Shown piece by piece: positions 23,985-36,387 of a stretch of DNA of 42,763 bases. The notes under the pieces are model-generated. The model was given only the letters and a program-made list of their open reading frames with translations. It was not told where the DNA came from and searched no databases. Position numbers and translations under genes: made by a program. Each line of letters begins with the position of its first letter. The first letter of the stretch is position 1. This DNA comes from Octopus sinensis (Eukaryota): assembly GCF_006345805.1 (NCBI RefSeq), contig NW_021832209.1:1-42763 (forward strand), written 5' to 3'.

Positions 23985-24184
23985 AATAATAATAATAATA
24001 AATAATAATAATAAAGATAATAAAAATAAAAATAAAAATAAAATAATAATAATAATAAAAATAAAAATATAATAATAAATCATATTAATTATAATAATAA
24101 TAATAATATATTATAATAATAATAATAATAATTCATAATAATATAATAATAATAATAATAATAATAAGATAAATCTAATATAAT

Positions 24185-24464
24185 TTCTTTTTATCACAGG
24201 TTTTGTTGGAAGTCCTCGAGTCTTGCATGTGTAGCGGGCTTGCTACCTGCAGCCTACGGTACCATGCTATCTGTTCTTTTCAGCTATTTTAAATATTTCC
24301 CTGATTATCTTGGCCGTGTCAAGGAGGCAAACATTTTGTAACAGTTCTACTCGGCACTTTATTCCAGTTTCCTTTATATTCCTCTTGATGCCTTCTGCTA
24401 CTGTTCCCAAGGAACCAACAATAATTGGTACTGTCTTCACCTTCTTCATTTTTGATAGCCGGGC
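24185..24464 (-). mobile_element. R4/Dong-clade LINE 3' fragment D
   Basis: ORF 24267-24449 MKKVKTVPIIVGSLGTV...ELLQNVCLLDTAKIIRE, the RLE C-terminus of a divergent subfamily. Confidence 0.8.
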
Positions 24465-24544
24465 TATTATTATTATTATTATTATTATTATTTTATTATT
24501 ATTATTATTTTATTATTATCATCATCTCATCATCATCATCATCA

Positions 24545-24577
<33 letters not shown>

Positions 24578-24832
24578 TATTATTATTATTATTATTACTA
24601 TTATTATTATTATTACTACTATTACTACTACTACTATTATTACTATTTTATTATTATTACTACTATTATTACTATTATTAGTATTACTACTATTATACTA
24701 CTACTTATTACATTATTATTATTATTACTACTATATTACTATTATTATTATTATTTTACTATTATTATTATTATTATACTACTACTATTATTATTATTAT
24801 TATTTTATATTATTATTATTATTATTATTATT

Positions 24833-25036
24833 CTATGTTTTGATTTTGCTTTTATTTTGTACAAGTTGGCTGCAAGTCTCACCCAGAGACCTCAAGAGAC
24901 AACAGGTTGGAAGTTCTTGTTGTTGTTATGCCTAGGGTGCCATATATTTGGTTGGGGGGGGGGGAGTTTGGTGTTGTACTAATGAATGTCTAAAAAAAAA
25001 TTTTTTTTCTTTTTTTTTCTTTTTAAAACCGGAAAC
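24833..25036 (-). mobile_element. R4/Dong-clade 3' UTR fragment E (family of C)
   Basis: Reverse complement of the 3' UTR of copy C; (TAA)n on both sides of the element strand. Confidence 0.8.
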
Positions 25037-25083
<47 letters not shown>

Positions 25084-25123
25084 TTATTGTTTATTATATT
25101 ATTATTATTATTATTATTATTAT

Positions 25124-25760
25124 CATTGTCATTTACTTTTATCTGCATGTTTTAGCAATCACCTGCCGGGGCACACCCCGCGCCCTAGGGCAAGTGAGGT
25201 TAAGAGTTGTTGAAATATAGCTGAAAGCTTGGGGAGGGGAAGTAGAGATATATCTCCATGTAATGCAAACACAAACATTTACATTGATAGGGTTTTTTCT
25301 AAGGATGTGGGCAGTACTTGTTAGCACAATCTTTGGATTTCTTGAGACATGGTTTCCAGGGATATTGTCTAGGTGTTTCTGACATCCCTTTTTTATCATA
25401 CCTAGGGCACCTACAATAACAGGAACAGTTTTGTTTTAAGATTCCACATCCTCTGTATTTCGATTTCCAGGTCCTTATTTATTACTAAGTTTGTCAATTC
25501 CTTGACAGATACATTTTTATCAGTGGGGACGCTTACCTCTATTAGTCTGCAGGTATTTTCTTCCCTGTCTTTAACAATTATGTCTGGTCGATTAGCCTTG
25601 ATCGTTCTGTCAGTGTTGACTGGAAAATCCCAGAGGATGGTGACATTTTTACCTTCAACAACTGGCTGAGGATGGTGTTCATACAAGTTAGCAGGAGTGC
25701 CTAATTTGTAGTGTTTACATATCTGCCAATGTATATACTGTCCTACCCTATCGTGGCGAT
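25124..25760 (-). mobile_element. R4/Dong-clade LINE 3' fragment F
   Basis: YEHHPQPVVEGKNVTILWDFPVNTDRTIKANRPDIIVKDREENTCRLIEVSVP...DLEIEIQRMWNLKT; LTSTAHILRK. Confidence 0.88.
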
Positions 25761-25770
25761 TTTATTATTA

Positions 25771-25862
<92 letters not shown>

Positions 25863-25899
25863 ATCATCATCATCATCATCATCATATTATTATTATTTT

Positions 25900-26265
25900 T
25901 TTTTTCTTTCAAATTTGCTTCCATTTCTTGCCGAGTGTCTTCCCGACTCCTAGGGCAAAGAAACTCATAGTATACATTGGTAGGCCATTAAACCAAACTC
26001 AATAGTTCGTTCATTTTTTTTTTAAGTTAAATTAAAATACATGAGCAGCAACAGTTCTCACATCGACAATGCTCTTCTCAATACGTGTGATGTACCAGTT
26101 AAGACAATCTTTTGCACTTCTTGCAGGGATGGTAAGCCAGGGTTCATTCTCATATAATTTTCGCTTCCCTTCTTGATCATTCCTAGTGCTCCTACGATCA
26201 CTGGTATTGTAACCGCCTTGAGATGCCACATTTTCTCAATTTCAATGAGTAGGTCTTTATATTTT
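25900..26265 (-). mobile_element. R4/Dong-clade LINE 3' fragment G
   Basis: Minus strand encodes KYKDLLIEIEKMWHLKAVTIPVIVGALGMIKKG, then degenerates; TAA arrays on both sides. Confidence 0.75.
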
Positions 26266-26266
26266 A

Positions 26267-26346
<80 letters not shown>

Positions 26347-26349
<3 letters not shown>

Positions 26350-29300
26350 TAGTTTTATTTTTATAACGTGCTTTCACTTCACTGCCGAGCGCAGCTCTGT
26401 GTGCCTTAGGTATGTACTGTGATTTGTTGTGATGCTCTGATGGTTACTGTATTGAAGGTGTTCTGCGTAGGATGTGTGTAGTGCCTAGTAGTGCAATTGT
26501 CTGTATGTTATATGTGTTTGTAAGTCCTGGTGTTTTTGTTATATATTTGTCTGAATATTTTTTATCATACCTAATGCACCTACTATGATAGGAATTGTTT
26601 CTGTTTTTAGATTCCACATTCTAGTTACCTCTATTTCCAGGTCTTTGTATTTTGAAAGTTTCTCCATTTCTTTTAGAGAAACGTTGTCATCTGCTGGTAT
26701 TGATACATCAATTAGAAATCATTTTTTTCTTCATGATCTCTGACAACTATATCTGGTCTGTTGACCTTAATTTCTCTATTTCTGTGTGTATTGGCATATC
26801 CCAGAGTATGGTTGCTTTCTCGTTTTCTGTGACCTTTTCCGGTGTGTGCCTATACCATCTTTTTTCTGTTGTTATTCCATAATGTTGGCATAGCTTCCAA
26901 TGTATGTAGGTTCCAACTCTGTCATGTCTGTGAATATTTTCCTTCTTAGCCAGGACTGGGCAGCCAGAGATAATATGATTTATTGTTTCTTGTCCATCTC
27001 CACATATTCTGCAGTTACTTGTTATATTTATTTTCATTACATGTTTTTGGTAATTTCTGGTGGGGAGGCTTTGGTCTTGTGCTGCAATTAAGAATCCTCC
27101 TGTCTCTGCTTTGAGTCCTGAGCTTCTCAACCATTGTTGGGATTTTTCTTTGTCTATTTCTTTTGCATTTAGTTTAGTCCAGTACTTGCCATGAAGGGGC
27201 TTTTCTTGCTATCGTTTTATCATGGTCCGTTGCTGTTCTCGTTTTAGTTTTGATTTCATTTGCTTTATAGCTTTTGTTGTGTTTTCTTCTTCTTCTCCCT
27301 CCTCCTCCTCCTCCTCGTCTTCTTCTTCTTCTTCTTCTTCTTCTTCTTCTTCTTCTTCTTCTTCTTCTTCTTCTTCTTCTTCTTCTTCTTCTTCTTCATA
27401 TTTGTTAGGTGGTATGATTTCTTGTTTGTATTTGTCAGCTTCCTTAAATACTGAGAACAGTTTTTTGTTTTGCTCGTGTTTTGCAGCTATTTGTATAAGT
27501 TTTCCTTGCTTCTGAAGTAGATATTTTTGCAGTCCTATGGTGGTTATTTTATAGTAGTCTTCCAGCTTTATAACGCCTCTACCCCCTTCTATACGTTGTA
27601 TATATAGCCTTTCTATGTCAGATTTTGGGTGATGCATCCTAGATCCTGTCATTATTTTTCTTGTTTTCCTATCTATTTTGGTTAGTTCATTTAGCTTCCA
27701 GTTAAGGATATTGTAGCTGTAACTTATAACTGGGACGACTAAAGTGTTAATACATATTATCTTGTTTTTAGCATTGAGCTCTGTTTTTAGTATTGATCTA
27801 ACTCGTCTATAATATTTTTCTTTATTTTCTCTTTCATTTGTGTGTGTTGTGTCTTATCTAGTTCATGGATTCCTAAATATTTGTAAGTTTGGCTTTGGTC
27901 TCAATCACTTATTTCATTGGCTTTATCTAGTGTGATGTTGCTACTCTTAACTAGTTTTCCTCTTTTCAGGGTTACTTTGGCGCATTTTTCTAATCCAAAT
28001 TTCATATCTATTTCTTTGGTGAATCCACGAACTGTCTTTAGTAGTGTTTCCAGCTGTTTGTCATTTGTAGCGTATAGTTTTAGGTCATCCTAAAGGTGGC
28101 TGATCGTTTTGCCGTAACATTTATATCCGCATCCAGTTCTATGTAGCATATGAGATAGAGGTGACAGTGCCGAGCAGAAAAGGAGTGGAGAGAGCGTGTC
28201 TCCCTGGAATATTCCTCTTCTAATGGGGATGGCTTTGGTTTTCATGAGTCCCTCTTTTGTTTGGAACTGTAGCACTGTCTGCCATTTATTCATAGAGTGT
28301 CCTATGTATTTTATATTTGTTGGTGCTACTTTGTTAATGGCTAGTGTTTCGAGGATCCATGTGTGGGGGATGCTATCAAACGCATTTCTGTAGTCGATCC
28401 ATGCCATACTGAGGCCTTTCTTCTTTCTGTGGTTGTCTTCAGTTATGGCTTTATTGATCATTGGTTGTTTTCGTTCAGGTGCTTGTTAAATCTTTGCGAT
28501 ATTACTGCAGTAAATGCTTTGTACATTGTAGGGAGACAGGTTATAGGTCTGTAGTTTTCTGGTTTTGCTGTCTCATTGGATTTGGGAATTAAGATGGTTT
28601 TCCCCTTCGTGAGCCATTCAGGCATTGTCTCTGGCTCTGCCAGTATGTTGTTAAAGTTTTCAGCCAGCTTTTTGTGCATCCTTGGTAGATATTTCAGCCA
28701 GAAGTTGGGGATCTTGTCATGCCCAGGTGCCTTCCTGTTGCTTAGTCTTTGCAGTGCCTGGGTGACCTCTTCAGTTGTTATGGGGTCCAAAGTTGCTCAA
28801 ATGCTGAGTTTGTTGTTTTAATACTCCTTTTCTTGGTTGTTCTTCCTTTGACCATATTTCTTTCCAGAATTCTTCCACTTCTTCTGCCGTTGGTGCTGCC
28901 GTGATGTCTATTTTATTTTTGCACAGTTCTTGGTAGAACTTTTTGGGGTTGGAGTTGAACTGTTTGTTTTGTTCAAAGAAACGTTGGCGTTTCTCATACC
29001 GGCGGATCATTTAGCTTTGGCACGGATATCTTGCTTTAGCTTTTCTTTTATCTCAGGTAAATCTTTTTCTGTGGTGTTGTATTTGCGGAGTATTTTTGTT
29101 TTCTTTTTGTTGCTTAGTAGCGTTGATTTTCTACTGATTTCATTTAGAATCGACAGATCTTTTCTCATTTTTTAATTTTCTTTTGGATGTTATTTATCCA
29201 CAGGGTTTGTTTGGGTGGTGGTACTCCTGTTTGGATGGGTTTGTGGGAGTATCCAGCTTCTTTTGTGACTGCAGTGGCTTCTGCATATACTAAGTCATTT

Positions 29301-30023
29301 AGCTCAGTGATATCGCTATTTGTTTCAGTGGCTATTAGTTTTGTGACGGCTAGGTTTATGCTGTTTATAACTGATGTTGTTTTTTGTCCATTTTGATTTT
29401 TGGGAGGTATGGTCGGTGGTCTATTTTGAGATCTGTGTTTTTCAGTTCTTTGATTATTCTACTTTTTATGGTATCATAATCATTAGGCTCCCCTTCGTTG
29501 TTTCCAGGTTTTAGATTTGTGTCGCTTTTTTTCTCATTCGTATGTTTGTTTGTCGTGTTTTGGCTTGCTGCTTGTCGTGCATTATTATGCATCCTTACGG
29601 TCTGGTTTTGTTGTTTCTTGTTTACATTGTTTTTGTTGGGAATGTTACGTTTGTCTTCGTGTTTTACTATCTCAGTGTTCATATTATGTGGCATTGTTGT
29701 GTGGCTTCTATCTACATTTTCCTGATGTATTTTTTCTTTTAAATGTTCTATTTCTATTTCTGATATTTTTTTTTCGTTGAGAATATATCTTCGTACGTTA
29801 GCTAGTTTATTAGGGTTCATTGCTGTATCCAAATCTTTATTTATGTTATTTTTATTCCATATTTTATATGTATACATTATTGTGTTTTCGTTCTTTGGGT
29901 AGAGCACTGCTGTAAAGTAAGCCGTGTAGGATTGAAATGTATTCCGCACGTGTCCATTTATGTCTTTTTGGTTTTATTTGCAGGACATGAGGAACAACGT
30001 CCGGCCCATTATTTTGCCGGTCG

Positions 30024-30025
<2 letters not shown>
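26347..30025 (-). mobile_element. R4/Dong-clade LINE, nearly complete (about 3.7 kb), inactivated (copy H)
   Basis: N-terminal KWTRAEY...NKLANVRRYIL region; RT motifs KAPGHDKIPNFWLK, NYRPITCLPTMYK, WIDYRNAFDSIPH, GIFQGDTLSPLLF, damaged (YM)DDLKLY; ERLYIQRIEGGRG; CRICGDGQETINHIISGC; RPDIV (RLE); exact junctions with (TAA)n at both ends. Confidence 0.92.
27285..27396 (-). repeat. (GAA)n/(GAG)n tract encoding in-frame poly-Glu inside the R4/Dong ORF
   Basis: ORF 27209-27652: PPNKY-E-rich run of about 38 residues-NTTKAIK. Confidence 0.92.
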
Positions 30026-30083
<58 letters not shown>

Positions 30084-30087
30084 ATTA

Positions 30088-30689
30088 AATGAGAACTCAC
30101 ATCTTATTTTGCTGGGTATGAAGGTATGAGGGAAAGTGTCAGCTGTCCACAGCCGGGACGACTAAGGTGACACTTGTTTACTGGTCATACTTCAAGAACC
30201 CTGCGAATAATTCTTGCAGTTCCAAGCAATGCCGATTTTTGTAGGCGTTCTACCTTCACACTTTCACAGTTCTTTTTGTACCATGTTGGTAGTTGAGTGC
30301 TGATACTTCCAACTGCACCAATTACTATTCGTATCACGTCTACTCTCTTCATTGTCCACAACCTTCGATTTCCCACTTCAAATCGTCATATATTTTTTCT
30401 TCTTTCACATTAATCCTGTTGTCACCGGGGAATGCTATGTCGATTTTTATACGAGTTCTTTCTTTTTTATTCACCACAGCAATATCCGGTTTCCGATGTC
30501 TAGCCGGGTGATCGCATTGGATCCTTGCATCCCACAGGATTTTCCAATTCTCAATTACGGTGACCCCTTCTGGACTTTGCTCTTACTACGTCTTTGCTCT
30601 TTGCAGGCCGTGATTTTCACTGAGATCCCAATGCATCATTGTTACCACCTTGTGGCGTTTTTTGAGTTCGCATTGTGCCAATTTCGGAT
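30088..30689 (-). mobile_element. R4/Dong-clade LINE 3' fragment I
   Basis: WKILWDARIQCDH...RHRKPDIAVV; LWTMKRVDVIRIVIGAVGSIS...VERLQKSALLGTARIIRRVLEV*. Confidence 0.82.
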
Positions 30690-30690
30690 G

Positions 30691-30751
<61 letters not shown>

Positions 30752-30753
30752 TA

Positions 30754-30893
30754 GCAGAATCGTTAGCACGCGGCCAAAATGCCTTTCATCTATTCGGGGT
30801 CGATAAAATAAGTATCAATTGAACACTGTGGTCGATGCAATCGGCTCATCTCCTCCCCACAAAATAACTAGCTTTGTACCAAAAGTTGAAATC
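30754..30893 (+). mobile_element. Internally deleted SINE (family of 18333-18533)
   Basis: gcagaatcgttagcacg...aaatgc joined directly to ctttcatctattcggggtcgataaaataagta; the B-box segment is missing. Confidence 0.72.
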
Positions 30894-31706
30894 ATCATTA
30901 TCATCATCATCATCATCATTGTACTTGTTTTCGTTGTTATCCATATTACAGACAGATCTTGTTTTGGTTTGCATTTCAAAGAACAGCTCGTGGTCATTGG
31001 TCAAAGGTCCTTTAGAATTCTTTCTTTATTTCAAATTGTGACCCTTATTTCTTTGGATCCTTACACTTTGTAACAATTTTCTTCGTTTCCTGTAGTAGAT
31101 CTTCTTGTATTTCAATCCCAAACTTCTCCAATCTTGATTTCGTTCTCTTCTTTATTCTACCCACAATCCGTGTTCCTATTCCATAACATGACCGAGAAAC
31201 ACATTCCCGTCAGACCTTCATTAACTTTGAAAATATCGTCCCCAAATACTTGCCAACATGGTAATGTTCTGTGGCTGTATTTCTTTAATTTAAAAGTATG
31301 TCCACTGTTATATTTGGTCTTCACACTTCACCGCCAACCAATCAAAATGAATCTGTTTCATTGTAAAAACTCTCAGCTGAGAATGTCTTCATTCGAGTAA
31401 TTAGCTACTCATTTTCCTTTGTTATTTGTAGAAAATAAACTGCAGGTGTGAATCGCAAAAGACTGCTGCGTCCAGTGTTTGTTATTTCTGAAAATGTCTC
31501 TCTAATTGTCCAAGCCTCATTAAAATAGAACAGAATATGTTTCAATAAAGGCAGTTAAAAGTAACTTCTTAATTCGATCTTTGAGTTAGATAACTTCAAG
31601 AAATGCAAGTTTTATGAACTGCTATTAATTGGTATGTTTGGTTACAAATATTTCTGTTGTTTACCCTTTCACGCTCAATAATAAAAATTCGAGCTCTTCA
31701 GATAGC

Positions 31707-31758
<52 letters not shown>

Positions 31759-32823
31759 GAAAATCCTTGACCACTGTAATTCACTGAATTTAAATGCCTC
31801 TTTTCAAATGTAGTGGTCTTTCAAGTATCAAGGTTTGCCACTTAATCTTGCAGCGTCACCAGCAAAAGTCAATTCAGAGTGATTTTGTTACAAAAGGAAA
31901 TTGACCGGCTCGCGGTCTCCTGAGAGCACATTCACCTTGCACACACGCACACACGCATCGCACACATAGGAAATCGCGCGCGCACAAACACGCACTCACA
32001 CACAGCGGCACGCACACACACACACACACACAACACACGCGCATACGCACACACAAAATTTCGTCTAGCAAACTTTTATCTAATCGAGCAGCGTTTCCAA
32101 AACCAGATCCATTTGATTTTTCCTCTTTAATTTCTTTTTATTGATCAGCAGCTCATTAATTATTTTAAGTGCACTAATTAAATCCTCATTAATTGAAGTC
32201 ATTGGAACTTCTAATATATTTCAAAACTTTCAACATCTCTTCACTACAAGTCGTCCGAAAACCGATTTATCTCGACTCCCCACCACACAATACGCTGCCC
32301 CACCCCGCCATAATATTTTGGTCCCATTCGCACTTCAAGTCGTTTGACTGTCAGGTTTCCGCCAGTTTTTGCCTCTGCCGGGCAGGAGATAGGCTACCCC
32401 ACCCCCCAGGATCGTCAGAAACAGTTAAATGCAAAATGGAAAGCATCATGTTATGTGTGTCCTTTCCAACCACACACAACCAAAACGCATCGCTCCGCCG
32501 TCTTCTAGATTATTCCGTTGTAGCTGTACTGCATACAGTCATTTTCACAAGCATACATACATATAAACACACATATAAACATCACTTCATGCCTCTTCTA
32601 CTCCTGTCCTTCACCCATCAATCCATCCATTCATACAATAGTATTATTGTATATATATATATGTGAATGGATTGATGGATGAACAGAGACTGATTACCTG
32701 CCTCCGTTCATAAAGTGAACCACTCAAAATAGTTTAAGTAAAAGCAAACAAACTCTATCTTACGATGTTCTACTTTCAATGTTTGTTTTATATTTTATGC
32801 ATGGAATTATGTAACCGCTTTAG

Positions 32824-32854
<31 letters not shown>

Positions 32855-33640
32855 AAATCAGTCAATCAAAGTAAACCAACATAAAACATAGTAGAATACA
32901 CAGTTTGCAGAAGGCGAAAAGGTCGAAACCTCGAAGTAACTGTTATAAAGTAAATATATGTATGTATGTATAATTTAGGACAAACAGTAAGTTGTCATTA
33001 TAGTAATCGGAGTTTCGAATGTCGGAGCGAAAAGCTACGATGCATTGTCGTCGGCTATTAATAGCAATAGACGCTATGAAAAACCGTTGAATAAAAGGCA
33101 AGTTACTCTAATAGGTAGAAAAAAGAAAAAAAAATACACGCAACCATATTCTCACAATACATAGATATAAAACTTCCTGCGTTCATAACGTCTACATACG
33201 TACACACTCACACAAACATGTATATGTAGATGCACATACACACACAAATATATATGTGCATGTACGTACTCACACATACACACATATCCACATATGCACA
33301 CACGTATATATAGAAATATATATATATATATTATATATAAATCCAGGGGAATACTTGCAAGGTAAGCACCTGTACTATGCCAGCTAGTAGCAGAGGTGAG
33401 AGGGATATGCATCAAATGAAATAAAGAACAGAACACAAAGGATGTCGCGGTACACGTGTTTCAAGCTTTATACAACAACCTATTCTTACATCAATGTGTA
33501 ATCGGCATAACAGATAGTTAAAGCTCTCTTCAGCCGCATGCAATTGTTGTACCACTTCCGTCACGTTATGAAAAACCAAAGGTACATTTGGTATTATCTC
33601 ATAATGGTGGGTATTTGAGTTTCACTGAAAGTTATGTTTG

Positions 33641-33764
33641 TAAATCTTCATAACCAAAAAGGTATGTAGGGTATCATTGGACTTTGAAAATCCGTCCCTA
33701 CTCTATCATCAGTCAACATAGAGTCCAATGCTACCCTACATACCTATTTGATTATGAAGATTTA
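33641..33764. repeat. 124-bp hairpin: 45-bp arms (41/45 match) with 34-nt spacer
   Basis: taaatcttcataaccaaaaaggtatgtagggtatcattggacttt (33641-33685) vs reverse complement of 33720-33764. Confidence 0.9.
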
Positions 33765-33994
33765 TATATATATATATATATGTATGTTCACGCAACTTCA
33801 TCCTCATATATACATAGGTGTCTGCGTGCACACATATACAGCTACATTTAGACATCTGTACATATAAATATACGTATATATATATATATATATATATATG
33901 TAATGCCTATATATATATATATGTATGACTATATATATATATAGGCATACATTAACGCTCCCGCATATACGTGTATACATACACACACACACAC

Positions 33995-34067
<73 letters not shown>

Positions 34068-34339
34068 ACATATATATTACTCATATACATCCTCTTATCA
34101 CACACCTACACCCGTACATATACAAACATATATGTATCCGTATAAATTAAGGGGACGTGAATGTGAAAGTCACACGTATGCACCGGACACAGTCTTATAC
34201 TCATATACATACATATATCCATACGCATATATACACACGCATACACATATACGTATAGAATATATACATATATATATAAATATACTCACACACGTACACA
34301 TTCACACAAAAAGGGAAAAATTGAAAAATATATATAAAA

Positions 34340-35895
34340 AATAAAAAAATGTTGAGAGAGATCTACTTACTTTTTCTTTCCGTTCTTTTTTTGTATTTAA
34401 TCTAATTTATTTTGTTTATGTATATAGTTATTTAATTTCATTTATGTCTGTTTATTTGTATTATAGTCATATTATTATCAGTTTATGGCGATCTTATTCT
34501 GTTATATGTTGGGTGTGTGTGCTAGTGTTTCATTCTAGTTTCCTATTCAGGCTACGTTTATCTTCTATTATGTGTGTAGCTTCCGTAATTTGTCTAAGCG
34601 TTGCGTCTGTTCTATGTGTGGACAAGATTTTAACTTCTATGCTGTTGAGTGAGCACCCGTGTTCCTGCTTGGCGTGCTGGTACAGAACCGATGAACTCTT
34701 CTCTTCCTTAAGTTCCCTCCAATATTCATTTACCCGCTCTCCTATGCTCTGTGCCGTCTCCCCTACGTACGTCGTTGTATTGTTACTGCACCGTTCCTCT
34801 CTACATCTTATACTATAGACTACATCCCTAGCTTTATAGTTTGTTTGTGGGCTAAATCTACATACAATACAGTTCCTATCAGTACAGGGGGTTCTATTAA
34901 AAGGGCAGGTTCTACCGATTAGGGATTTGATAGGGTTACCTGACCTTTCTACAACCCTAATTGTTAGCTTAAGTTTGCCTAGGGTCCTTGTAAAGCGGTA
35001 CGCCAGTTCACCTCTAGGTATGGTGTCGACGAACATAACACTCTGGTATTTGTGGCTATCATACCATGAGTTGGCCTTCCCTATTTCCTTTCAATGGTGT
35101 TCCGTGACTTGCTCCTATAGAGCGAGCAAATCCCATTCCTATCGTTACGTATGATAGTTTCAAATTTCCTCATGGTTCCTTTGTATACACTGATCATTTC
35201 TCTATGGCTGTGTCCTCAGGACTGCATGCGATGAACGAAGTGTTGTATGTGTCTCTTGTAGGGTTGCCCATGCGGGACGTATTTCACATTATATTGAATT
35301 TGGCATTGTCCGAGATAGCCGAGTTCCGGTGGATCAGATGTTTGGAGGCCATAGTTTGGCATAGTGTGAATGAAGGATTTGGGCTTTATTATTCAGTTTC
35401 CAGCCAGAGTTTTGTATCTAGTACTGGTAGTCTATGGTTAGGCTGTTTCGTAGGGTAGTCTATAGTGACCTTAATACTCTGGTGAATGGAGTTAGCTATT
35501 TGCTGGATGCTCTCCATCGTATTAATCTCAATTTCTATTTCAAGAGTACTCTCCTGTGGGGGTACCTTTACCACTATGTTGATATCATCGACATAGCGGG
35601 AGTTCTGCGTCAGGCATTCTTTAAGCCTTCTGTGCCACCATACCATGAAAAGGTTGGCCACGTCACTGGCGATACAAACCCCGATGGCTGCCCCCTCATC
35701 CTGGATGTATATTTTCTTGTTAAACATAAACGTGTGGCCTTTTAGGGTAACTCTTACACTAGCTCCTAGTGCACGTGCAATCATTTTCTTTATTTGATGT
35801 TCGTTTTCGGGGATCCGCATGGCTCTGGTCTATCCGCTCCATTTCTCTATAGCCATAGATGTAATTGTGGGTGGTCTACCTCTTATACATCTTCT
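34340..35895 (-). mobile_element. 5'-truncated Penelope-like element (Neptune-like RT + GIY-YIG), decayed
   Basis: RT: IQDEGAAIG...SDVANLFM, RYVDD, LPVLD (35389-35820); Cys-rich linker CPFNRTPCTDRNCIVC; GIY-YIG VVY...YVGET...R...H...H...E...N (34530-35036); 5' end abuts (TA)n/(TATG)n. Clade label is inference. Confidence 0.88.
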
Positions 35896-35985
35896 GGGGC
35901 ATATATATATGTGTATGTATGTATGTATGTATGTATGTATGTATGTATGTATGTATGTAGGTATGTATGTATGTATGTATGTATA

Positions 35986-36055
<70 letters not shown>

Positions 36056-36066
36056 GTATGTGTGTG

Positions 36067-36127
<61 letters not shown>

Positions 36128-36300
36128 CATACATACACACATATATATGTATATATGTAAAAGCAATTAAGATTCAAGTGAGTTCTGTTGACACATGAAT
36201 GCGGTACTTAACTTAGATGCACCGAAATCTATATGGTATTAACCATAAGATAATGCGGGGTGATTATAAACAAGAAGAAAGCAACAAAAATGGATCAATA

Positions 36301-36387
36301 TTTCGGTACAATGTTTCGTACGAAGACCATCTTATTAAGGCTGCAAATATTGCAGCAATACAAGTGACCCGTACTCATCAGCCGAAA
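36301..36387 (-). ncRNA. Type I hammerhead ribozyme in the PLE 3' pseudo-LTR
   Basis: Minus strand: stem I tttcgg/ccgaaa; CTGATGA (36381-36375); stem II gtacg/cgtac with a 47-nt insert containing hairpin gctgcaa-tat-ttgcagc; GAAA; stem III AC-att-GT; GUA triplet. Same sense as the ORF. Confidence 0.82.

Larger units (their letters stand above)
22949..30750. repeat. (TAA)n/(TTA)n arrays separating the R4/Dong fragments
   Basis: Arrays at about 22949-23064, 23275-23432, 23985-24184, 24465-24832, 25037-25123, 25761-25899, 26266-26346, 30026-30087, 30690-30750. Confidence 0.95.

Noticed and set aside
30900-32560. Long unique region with CpG-rich (CA/CG) tract and clustered TAATTA motifs as promoter, 5' UTR or enhancer
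   Set aside because: Only short ORFs and generic motifs; cannot be supported without expression or conservation data.
33346-33366. 15-nt microexon-like ag|GGGAATACTTGCAAG|GTAAGC
   Set aside because: Good donor but no polypyrimidine tract; preceded by (TA)n.
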